DNA of 64,000 nt, taken from positions 186,001-250,000 of the forward strand of contig JAANOX010000128.1 of the NCBI GenBank assembly GCA_020184695.1, in the 5' to 3' direction. Source of the stretch: Histomonas meleagridis 2922-C6/04-290x (Eukaryota; Protista; Parabasalia). This document shows, one piece after another, positions 40,058 to 50,413 of the stretch; within the stretch, counting starts at the first letter, position 1, and each line of letters begins with the position of its first letter. The notes beneath the pieces are model-generated. The model was given only the letters and a program-made list of their open reading frames with translations. It was not told the DNA's origin and did not search any database. The position numbers were made by a program, and so were the translations under genes.

Positions 40058-43000
40058 TCATGATTCTGGATTTGCAACAGCTTTCTCATTACCAAAACCC
40101 AAAACATGGGAATAACTAAAAGAAGTGGTATTTTTTTCAGGTATTTTGATTCCTTTTTGACTTTTAAGGAGATTAATAATTTTTTGGTAATTTTCTTCAT
40201 TTTTATTTGGAACGCGATATGCAAGTTGTATTGCTGTATTACCTGCATTATTCATAGCATTAATATCAATTCCTTTTTGCTCAAGAAGGAATTCAACAAT
40301 TTCATAATGACCATTACTAGATGCGCCCATCAAAGAACTCATAAAATCTTTAAGCAAATACCAAATAGAAATAGTAAACTTGAAATAAGTAAAAAAATCA
40401 TTGTATGAATAAAAATAATATTTTTTGCATTGATATCAACACCACCTTTATCAAGTAATAACTTTGCAATTTCTAAATGACCATTAAAACATGCGGCCAT
40501 GAATGGTGTACCAAATCTTTTAAGAAAACACCAAATAATAAATTTGATTTCCATTTTATTGTAACAAATATATAATAATATAATTAAATACCACAAAAGT
40601 TGGTATCAATTTCCTTAAAATGTTCAAGAAGTAATTTAACAATTTCTGTTCTACCTTCAGTACATGCATTCAATAGTATAGTTTGAAATATATAAAACTT
40701 AACACCAAATTAATAAATACAACAAAAATATTTTACAAACATTATAGAATATAATAAATTAACAGATTTTATATTAACGTTAACTTCTTTTTTAGCAAGA
40801 ATTAATTTAAAAATTTCTAATTGATTAGCTTCAATTATTTTTAAATGTTCAGGATAAATTTTATTGGAAACCTCAATTTAATTGAATAAACTTTGTAAGC
40901 TATATGATTAAAATTCGTTGTTGTTCCTATTTGTATTAAATAATTTTTTTTTATGAATTCAATTTGATTGGTTTTGGATGCACTCGCATAAGAATGTATA
41001 AAAAAATTAAATAAAATTTTTATATAAAAATAAAATACTAAAAATTAGAAACAAACATCAAATACTTAAATCAAATGTAATAGCTATATAATTCTTCTTG
41101 CTTAGTTGTAAAAAATTTTAATTTATGAAGTACAGTTTCAAATAAATTCAAAAAATTCCAAATATTTATATGAAATTTTAAATAATTAGAAGAAATTATT
41201 TATATAATAAATTAATATTTCTAACATTCAAATCAATATCTTTGTCAATAAGTAATTTTGCTATTTCAACATAACCTGCAATTGTTGCATACATTAATGG
41301 TGTACCAAAAATATTTAACATATTTCATATATTATTTTGAAATAAGAATTTAATAAAAATAATATTAAATCAAATAAATTATCATCAGCAGAATTAATAT
41401 CAATTCCTTTTTGCTCAAGAAGTAATTTAACTATATCAATATAATTATTTCGAACTGCAAATGTTAGAGCAGTTTCAAATATTGTTAATATTTTCCAAAT
41501 AATATATTGAAATATCAGATTATATAAATTAGTATTAAATATATGAAATAAATAGTTCTAATATTAATATCAATTCCTTTATGTTGGAGAAGTAATTTAA
41601 CAATTTCTATATTTCCTTTCCATGTTGCATGTATTAATGGTGTTTCAAAAAATTAAAATAATTTCCAAATTTTTTAAATAAATGAAAAATTCCAAAAACA
41701 AATAATTTATTAATTAAATAAATATTTCGTTTATTAACATCAATTCCATCATAATTAATAATTAGTTTTACAATCTTAAGTTTATTTGCTTTACATGCAT
41801 ATAACAAAGGAGTCATAAAACTATTATATAAATTCCAAAATATATTTTGAAATATCAAATATGATATACGAACAATGAATAAAACAAAAATATATCTTCA
41901 GTATTTATATCAATATTTCTACATTTAAGAAAAAGTTTAGCAATATCAGTTTTGTAAAATGATAATAATATTGCTGATTCTCCATGATTGTTTTGTATAA
42001 AAATATTTATTCCTTTTTGTTCAAGAAGTAATTTAACTATTTCTTTGCGACCATGTAAAGATGCTTTCATAAGTGCTGTTACAAATAATTTAAACTATTT
42101 CCAAATATTGCTTTAAAACATTAAATAAAAAATATAAATATCATTTTTAGCATTAATATCAATTCCTTCTTGTTCAAGAAGTAATTTAACTATTTCTATA
42201 TAACCATTTGAAGATGCCAAAATAAGTGCTGTATCAAATAATTTAAATAATTTCCAAATATTATTTTGAAATAATAAATTATTAAAACAAGCATTAAACA
42301 AAAGAATTTAATATTTTTAATATTTATATTAATTCCTTTTTGTTTGAGAAGTAATTTAACTATTTCAACATCATCATTATTACAAGCACATAACAATGGA
42401 GTTAAATATAAATATTAAAAAACTTTAAAAAAAGCTTTATATTAACAAACAAACAAAATTAATATTATCTGCGATGTTAACATCTATTCCTTTTTTACCA
42501 AGAACGTAATTTACAAGTTCTTTATTTCTTGATGTAACAGCATATGGTAATGCTTCTACTGGAAATTCTAGACCTTCAAATAGATATTTTGCAATATATA
42601 TATTACCACTTGAAAAAACTTCTTTTATTAGTGGATCATTAATTGAGATTCCTTTTTTTTCTAAAAATGTAAATATTTCATAATTATTACATTTAATACA
42701 TTTAGTTGCTAATGAAGTTAAACAATCCTTTTCGTTGAATAAGTTTATATGATTACCTATAAATTGATTTTGTGGAAAGACATCAAAATTCATTTGACTA
42801 GATTCGTTCTGTAATTCTTCAGGATTTTGATCTGATGAAAACATATCATTAGTTTCACATGAATCATTTTTAGGTCTACTAAAACTTTGATTAATTGTTG
42901 AAATATCAAATTTTATTTCTTTTGATTCATCAACATTTTGATTTTGATTTAGTGAAAATGAATCTATCATTGTAAATATGCTTTGAGATTCATCAGTATT

Positions 43001-44106
43001 TGGATTTGATAATAGTAATCCATAATTTGATTTATTTGGTTTGTATTGAGAATTTATGAAATTAAAATTATTAAAATTCCTTTTCAAAAGAATATTAGAT
43101 TTTTTATAATTGTCTTCATTATGAAGATAACCCTTTTCATAGAGATAATAAAAAATATTATTTTGATGAAATTTAATTGCTGCTTTAAATGCACCTTGAA
43201 ATGAAGCTCCATTTTGTTCACATAAATGAATAATTTCTATATTTCCACCCGCAACTGCATATTTACCAGTGTTTTCTATATTTGATCCATTCATTAACAA
43301 AAACTTGAAACATTTTTCTGCACCATAAAATGCAGCATAATTTATAATACTTACTAAATGCTTCTCTACACAGTAACATTTTGAAAATTTTTCATATATT
43401 GAACTTGGAATAAATTGATCAAAATCAAATTCACTTTGAGATGAAATTTCTTGAAGCTTACTAATATCATCGTTTCGAATTATTTTTGCCATTTCCGAAG
43501 GATTTCCTTCTAAAATATACTTTTTATGAAGCTCAAAATCATTTTCTTTATTTTTTAAAATTTCTTTTAATGGATTACTTTCTATCGCATTACGATGACC
43601 TCCGAAAACTTGTACTCCATTAAATGAAGTACCATCTTCATCTGATATTTTTCATTTTTTATTAAATATTCAATTTCATCTTTTGATAATAAATGTGCAA
43701 AATAAAACCTATGAATATTATACATATCTCCACGGTAATATAATTCTATAAAGAAATCACCATTAATTAACTTGCTTTCAATCATTTGAGATATAAAATA
43801 ATGCGATTCTTTTGAACCAAGTTCTTCAAGATATTGGAAAAATATTTTAAAAATTTGTGGATTTTTATGCAGAATTTCTTCTTCTTTGATTTCTATTGAT
43901 TTTAAATATTGAAAATATATATTAATATCTTTCCTTAGAGAAAGAAATGATGAGTAAACACTTTGAACAATAACTAAATTAAAAGAAATTGGAAAATTAG
44001 GATCAAATAAATCCATCGTTAATTTAACAATGCTTTGAATGTTTTCTTGATCTAGATTTAATAATACATGGTTAATATCTTGTAGGTATTTGAGTTCTTC
44101 TTCCAT
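40058..44106 (-). CDS. DUF3447-type/ankyrin locus C, 12 spacer cassettes, two uninterrupted loops; frameshift near 43650 and a degenerate block at about 40770-41130
   Basis: ORFs 43582..44133 and 42437..43492 join if one A is added to the run at about 43650; ankyrin cores follow; ends in the 40058..40357 frame. Confidence 0.8.
40340..42463 (-). other. 17-nt spacer/single-codon cassette array, locus C
   Basis: 42403-42463 (N)VKL 61 nt, 42233-42312 NIGD, 42080-42139 (D)NGV 60 nt, 41814-41893 IDGM, 41644-41723 IFGE, 41474-41553 NDGE, 41304-41383 NLEG, 41137-41216 IKGE, 40997-41076 DSKI (degenerate), 40683-40763 YFGQ 81 nt, 40510-40589 YGGG, 40340-40419 NQGM. Confidence 0.9.
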
Positions 44107-44244
44107 TTGTGAAGTTGAATGCAAAAGTGCCAAACAATCTGGACGGCCAAATGTTTAACCTTCATTCTTGCTAAAATGAGTTGGAAAAAAGAAAAGTGTT
44201 ATGGTTTCAAGTGTTTATTAAGAACTTATGTGGATTTTTTTAAA

Positions 44245-44620
44245 TCAATTTTCAGTCAAATGTTTCCAAGAATTCCCAATCACATCATTGGGAATATCCT
44301 CCCATGCATCTAATAGGATTACAATAGCATCAATGATATAATAACCATCAATGCTTTTGTTTATTAGATATTTTTCAAATTCGTAGTGACATTTTTTTTT
44401 TTTTAATTTCCAAAGATGCTGTCTAACAATCACCTGTTTGACCAGCTGGAATGATGAATTCTGAAAAAATTTAATTTTCAAAAACAAAGAAAATGTTATG
44501 AGAATCTCATTTTTTCACTAAAAATTTATTTTGATCTTTAATAATCTTGATTATTATTTCCACACCAAACAGCAAGAATAATTTGACTTTGGGTTAATTT
44601 CCCTCCCAGAGCGAAAAAAA
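44245..44620 (-). mobile_element. Decayed DDE_1 (pogo/Tigger-like) transposase C-terminal relic
   Basis: NSSFQLVKQVIV resembles TS.LQPLDQGII; IIDAIVILLDAWEDIPNDVIGNSWKHL resembles the AW..V....I.NSW motif; disrupted, no TIRs recognised. Confidence 0.5.
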
Positions 44621-44693
44621 AAATCACTCGTTTACAGCATTGACATATCCAACAACAAAAAGTATTGTTGTTAATCAGAAACAACTTTAAGAA

Positions 44694-44697
<4 letters not shown>

Positions 44698-44735
<38 letters not shown>
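44698..44735. repeat. (AT)n microsatellite
   Basis: About 19 AT dinucleotides in a row. Confidence 0.95.
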
Positions 44736-44738
<3 letters not shown>

Positions 44739-44816
44739 TTTTATTAAAAATTTGTTTCTTTTTCGACAATTAAGTGCTTAAAAACAAAAGATATTTGATG
44801 TTTATTTCTCGATTTT

Positions 44817-46154
44817 TCATAACTGCTCTAATGGCACATATTTTGATGTTTTCCTTTCCTTTTTACTCCTTATTACCAAAAATGTTACCAAAGCAATTAT
44901 TACTATTCCAGCTATAACACTTCCTATAACCCATATTTTCACGTTATTATTATTTTGTTGATAACTTTCCTCTTCTTCTTCGTTATTTTCGTCATCATTT
45001 ACATCCTTTTCTATATTATAAAGGTCATTAATTAAGGCGCCTAAAGTCCAACTTGATTTGATTCCATTAATTTTCTTTGTAAATACGAAATCTTCGTCTG
45101 AAAATCCATAGCCATCCTTTAAGATATTATATTGTAATATTCCTGATAAACAAAATGTTGCTGTATCTTCTTGTGATCTTTTGAATGCTTCATCATAATT
45201 TAGTTTGCACATATATTTCGATAAATCCTTAAGTTGATTTAATTTAATGTCTTCACTAACACTCGCAAATAAAACATAATCAGCAAAGTTTCCAACTGCA
45301 TAAAATTTGGTAATTTTGTGGTTATATTTTGGTATCGTCACGCCTTTAAATTTTGGTATTAATACGCTTTTGATTATTGTTTCACATTTGTCATAATTCG
45401 TTTTGCCAATAATTTTGCGATCTAAATAATTCTCTTCATACCCTTCAAAATAACAAGGATTCTCAATGACATTTGTTGTGGAGGACGACTCATTAATGAG
45501 AAACTCTTTAATTGTTTTATCAGATTCCATTAAACCAACTCCAAGAAAAGAATGCGAAAAAAGTGGATATGTTTGATCCTTAATATCAATGGAAAAATAG
45601 TCAACATCGTCCTTCCTTTCATAGTTATCTTCGGTTTCAAGAGTAATTTGTGCTGAAGCACCTCCAAAATCTAATGCGCCAACTGCACTATCTCCATTAA
45701 ATTTATAAATAAGATCATTTAATGCAAGCCACAAGAAAAGACCTTCGTCTGTTCCTGTGATAACTTTAATGTGCTTCTTTTTAACAATAAATTTCGTTTG
45801 TTTAGAAAGTTCTTTTTTAAGATCTGACATAATTTGGTCTTGTTTAAGTTTTGGTAAAAGCCTCATCCCTGCCGTAGCATATACATAAATTGGTGTATCA
45901 TCTAGAGAACTTTTCTCGATCTTCTTTTTTGTAAATTTATATATTTGGCTAACAAGTTCTGGTATAACGTTATCATCATCTGCTGCATTCGTTAAAGGAA
46001 TTTTTATCTTTTTATGATCAATATATTTAATATCTGGATATTTATCTTTATCATTATATTTGTAAACATAAGGGCGAGATCCACTACTTCCACAGTCAAC
46101 AACAACTGTGTACTTTGTTTTTGAAGCAACAAGTGCACACAACAAACAAAGCAT
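44817..46154 (-). CDS. NTPDase/apyrase (GDA1/CD39 family), signal peptide + C-terminal TM
   Basis: ACR motifs DCGSSGSR, YATAGMRLL, GTDEGLFLWLALN, LDFGGASAQ, SWTLG; TM segment and tail YVPLEQL. Confidence 0.95.
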   Translation of the reverse strand: MLCLLCALVASKTKYTVVVDCGSSGSRPYVYKYNDKDKYPDIKYIDHKKIKIPLTNAADDDNVIPELVSQIYKFTKKKIEKSSLDDTPIYVYATAGMRLLPKLKQDQIMSDLKKELSKQTKFIVKKKHIKVITGTDEGLFLWLALNDLIYKFNGDSAVGALDFGGASAQITLETEDNYERKDDVDYFSIDIKDQTYPLFSHSFLGVGLMESDKTIKEFLINESSSTTNVIENPCYFEGYEENYLDRKIIGKTNYDKCETIIKSVLIPKFKGVTIPKYNHKITKFYAVGNFADYVLFASVSEDIKLNQLKDLSKYMCKLNYDEAFKRSQEDTATFCLSGILQYNILKDGYGFSDEDFVFTKKINGIKSSWTLGALINDLYNIEKDVNDDENNEEEEESYQQNNNNVKIWVIGSVIAGIVIIALVTFLVIRSKKERKTSKYVPLEQL

Positions 46155-46718
46155 TTAAATAACGCTGTTTTTTGACTTTAATAGAGATATCTCCATTCAA
46201 AAGAGTTATAAATTTTGAAAGGCAAAAGTTGATATTTCAATAGCAAATTTAACGCTGAATTTTCAATGAGGGTGATCGACTGTTGTATGCATTTTTCGGT
46301 TTTTATGGTCGGTCAAGTGACTTCATTTAAATGCTTTACAAAAAAGAAAAATTTCTAAATCAAAATAATATCAATTGACATGAAACAATAAGTATCAGAA
46401 AAACTATACAATACATCCAAGAGATGATGATGGAACTAGAGGCAAAATTGTTTTAATGAAAATTAAATTGAAGAAATGTATCTTGAAAATGAATTTTAGT
46501 TTGATTCTTTATTTCATGAAATAAAATGTGATTAAATAATCAACACCTTATGCTTATAGGATATGCAATAACGCTACATAAATTACATCATATTAAAAAA
46601 TTTATAAATTTAATTATTCATTAATTTATATTAAATATTTAATAAATGTATTAAATATTATGAAATTTGTAATTTATACGAAGAAAAAATTTACTTAAAA
46701 CAAAAAATTTTATTTCTA

Positions 46719-49357
46719 TCATTTCCCAAGGAACATTGGGTTTATATTTGTTGCGAGTAATTTTTCATCAAATTTAATATCTTCGCCATTATTCTGTTTC
46801 ATCTTCTGTAAGTTATTATGCAATATTTTATTCTCTGAAACAAGTGATCGAACAGCGGCGTTACGAATGTTTCCTTCTTCGCGTTGTTTGTGTAATATTC
46901 GCTCGAGTGCAACAATTTCATTTATTTTGTCTTGTGATATTTTTTCGATTCTTTCGATTTCTTTTTCGTAAAACAAATTTTTCGTTTGAATTGTTTCGAT
47001 TTTATTTGTTTTATCTTCAAGTTGATTCTTCAAATTAATAATTTCTGTTTTATATGAAGCGATTTGTTCATTTTGTTCATGAATTTCATTTTGTAATTTA
47101 TCGTTTTGTGCATTTATTTCATTAAATTTGTCTTTAAGTTGTTCATTAGATTTAATTATTTCCGAATATGCATTTGGTGAAATTAATGTTGAAAGCTCTT
47201 GTTGAAGTTCATTGATTCGATTTTCTGAATGTTTAAGTTTGAGTTGAATTATTTGATTTTCATTTGTAATTGAATTAAATGAATTTCGCATTTCATCACG
47301 TTCATTAGAAACTTGATTTAGTTGTTGTATGTTATCAAGTAAATTTTGTTTTGATGTCAAAAGATCTTGACTAAGTCTATAAAATGCATTTCGTAAATTA
47401 GAAATAAATGAAACGGTCTTAACCGCGTAAACCATTGAAAATGCACTATCGTTTTCGAAATTTTTTAAATTTTTAATTCGTTTTATAAATATGAAAGAAA
47501 GAATTAAAGGACGTAAATTATGAAAATTAGTTTCACAAACAGAAGAATATAAATCTTTAATATCAAATAAAAGGTGAGTAAGTGTTTCTATTATTACATT
47601 ACTTAAAATATTTTTACTTTTGTAATAATTAAATTTAATTTCTTTTTGTTCGATTTCTTTCTTAAGTTTTTTATGAACTTCAATAAGTTCTTCATTAGAA
47701 TTCGCTTTATTATTTTCAAGTGCGGCATTAATTCGCTTATTAAGTATTTCGTTTTCATTCTTTAAATTTGTTACTTCATTTGATGTATTTATAAGTTCAT
47801 TAAGTCTTATTAAAGCTTTTCGTGGATCAAAGCTTCCACAAAGTTTATCAAAAATTGGAAATGTTTGCGATTTAAGTTCACCAATGTATGAAATGTTTTT
47901 ATGAATCTGTGATTTAAGTGTTGAATATTTAGAATAAAGAAGACAGTTGTCACTTTTTAGGTGTGAAATAACGGTTTCACTCTCTTTGAGAGATGAAATG
48001 ACGCGATCGTTGTCTGCTGTGAGGCTATCGAGCCGAGCTTGCTTGCACACAAGCTTACGTTGGAGATCAGATAATTGTGTTGAAAGAGACTTGATTTGGG
48101 ATTCAAGTTCGCTGATTTGTGATGATGTGCTGAGACGTGAAGAAGATAGTTCTCTGGAAAGAGTTGTGATTTGCTCTTTGTAATTTATGTTTTCCTTAAG
48201 AAGTTGCTCTGATGATGAATTTGAATCATGTTTTTGATCTTTAGAACGATTTTTCCATTTGTTATACTTATTACGAAGTGATTGAATTTCGTTATCTTTA
48301 TCATTAAGGCCTTGACGAAGGCTGTCAATTTCAGCTGATAGTTCTTGCTTTGATTTTTCTAATTCATTGATTTTCTGATTTGAAGATATTTCTTGTTCCT
48401 TTGAAAGATTTTTCCATTTGTTGTATTTGTGTAAAAGGATTTGATTTTCTTTTTCTTTTGCTTCAAGAGCTTTATGAAGATCATCAATTTCGGATGTTAA
48501 ATTTTTCTTTGTTTTTGTTGATTCACTGATTTTCTGATTTGAAGATATTTCTTGTTCTTTCGAACGATTTTTCCATTTGTTATACTTATTACGAAGTGAT
48601 TGAATTTCGTTATCTTTATCATTAAGGCCTTGACGAAGGCTGTCAATTTCAGCTGATAGTTCTTGCTTTGATTTTTCTAATTCATTGATTTTTTCTGATT
48701 TGAAGATATTTCTTGTTCCTTTGAAAGATTTTTCCATTTGTTGTATTTGTGTAAAAGGATTTGATTTTCTTTTTCTTTTGCTTCAAGAGCTTTATGAAGA
48801 TCATCAATTTCGGATGTTAAATTTTTCTTTGTTTTTGTTGATTCACTGATTTTCTGATTTGAAGATATTTCTTGTTCTTTCGAACGATTTTTCCATTTGT
48901 TATACTTATTATGAAATGATTTAATTTCGTTATCTTTATCATCAATTGTTTGACGAAAAATATTAATTTCATCCTTTAAATTTTGTTCTGTTTTTGATAA
49001 TTCATTGTTTTTTGTTTTGAGATCATTGATTTGCCTTTGGGTTTCGAGAAGTGCATTTCTTAATTTTTCTTGGATTTTATTTAAATGCATAATTTCATTT
49101 TCGTATTCTTTTCTCCTGAACGCAAATTCGGCTTGTTGTAATTCTGTTTCCTCTTTTGCCAATTTAAGTTTGCAACGTAACTCTATACATGCTTCTTCTG
49201 CTTTCAATGCATCACCCATTTTTCGTACAGCGCATGAAAGTAATGATGCACGAGCTGATTGAGGCTGAAACTTTCCAAGATCAGAATTCACAAAAATTAC
49301 CAAAAATCCGTTTAAAAATTGGGAAAAGTGCGCGGCACTTTTAGAATAAACAAACAT
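46719..49357 (-). CDS. Coiled-coil protein with internal repeats, split by a frameshift at about 48690
   Basis: ORFs 48677..49357 and 46719..48737 share a repeat; the T-run at about 48689 has 6 T where the copy at about 48371 has 4 T. Confidence 0.75.
48230..48940 (-). repeat. Coding tandem repeat, 318-bp (106-aa) unit, about 2.2 copies
   Basis: NKYNKWKN(R/L)SKEQEISSNQKI... blocks recur nearly identically with a 318-320-nt offset. Confidence 0.85.
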
Positions 49358-49418
49358 ATTAAATATTATTAAAACTAATTATTTATTTTTAAATTACATT
49401 TCAAGTTACTTGTGTGAA

Positions 49419-50381
49419 TCAATTGACCTTAGAATTGATTTCTGCAACCAAATCTGGGATATCTGCAACAGAATCACAAATAAAGTCAGGTCTTTCTGAA
49501 GGTTGTGCTGCATGTACATCATCCCTTGTTGTGATTCCTGTAAGCACAAGTGCACTACGTGCTCCAATATTTTTTGCAAAAAGAATATCTGTGTTCAGTC
49601 GGTCACCAACCATTAAAGTTTCATTTTCATCCAAATTCTTCAACTTTTTCAATGGTTCAAACATCAATTTTGAAGGTTTTCCTAAAATTGTTGCTTTGCG
49701 CCCCGAAGAAGATTGTAAGGCCAAGATATTTGGCATTGCATCAGGAACAAATATCCCATTTCCAAGCGGGAGAGACGTATCACAATTTGTTCCAATTAGC
49801 ATTGCATCATTTTCAACAATAATTCGATTTCCAATTGCCATTTTCCTATAAGTAAGTGTAAAGTCTAATGCAACAACAACCGCATGAATATCATCATCAA
49901 TTTTTAACTCTGCTAATGGAAGATTTGGAAAGTCATCAACACCTAAAGCTGAAATTCCATTTTGGCGCATTTCACGAATAAGACCTTCTTCACCAACTAT
50001 GAATACTTTTCTGTTTTTATCGCTATATCCAATAGAGAGTAAATATTGTGCAGATACATATCCAGCTGAAACAATCATATCATCTGGTACGTTGTGAAAT
50101 CCTTTTTTCATAAGTTTTAATGCAATATCATGCCGAGTATGAGTTGGATTATTTGTGACTACATATGGAGTTACACCCATTTCTCTAAGTTTGTCAATTG
50201 TTTCTGGTGCACCTGGTATAAGTTTATCACCAACCCAAAGGACACCATCTGCATCAAATAAAACAGTTTTGATTCTCATCTTTTCTTGGCTTGATTTTAA
50301 AACCGTTTCCGATGGAATTGAATGGTTTATGCCTTCGTTTCTGTAAGTCGATAAGTTTTTTAAACGACTTGAAATAGACAT
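49419..50381 (-). CDS. HAD-superfamily IIA phosphatase (p-nitrophenyl/phosphoglycolate phosphatase-like)
   Basis: LFDADGVLW, VTNN, GTNCD, ILGKPS, MVGDRLNTDILFA, LVLTGIT. Start at 50381 or 50279. Confidence 0.93.
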   Translation of the reverse strand: MSISSRLKNLSTYRNEGINHSIPSETVLKSSQEKMRIKTVLFDADGVLWVGDKLIPGAPETIDKLREMGVTPYVVTNNPTHTRHDIALKLMKKGFHNVPDDMIVSAGYVSAQYLLSIGYSDKNRKVFIVGEEGLIREMRQNGISALGVDDFPNLPLAELKIDDDIHAVVVALDFTLTYRKMAIGNRIIVENDAMLIGTNCDTSLPLGNGIFVPDAMPNILALQSSSGRKATILGKPSKLMFEPLKKLKNLDENETLMVGDRLNTDILFAKNIGARSALVLTGITTRDDVHAAQPSERPDFICDSVADIPDLVAEINSKVN

Positions 50382-50413
50382 TTTTGTCAAAACTTTTTGT
50401 TAGCAAATTATTT

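Noticed and set aside
28789-42396. About 20 short minus-strand ORFs with ankyrin-like pieces and hydrophobic IYLFYL... or FQNNIWKLFK... segments
   Set aside because: Not separate genes: each is one ankyrin core read into or out of a spacer cassette.
48685-48695. Programmed frameshift in the coiled-coil gene (also about 43650 and 28665)
   Set aside because: All fall in homopolymer runs, and the repeat copy has a shorter run; assembly error or simple slippage is more parsimonious.
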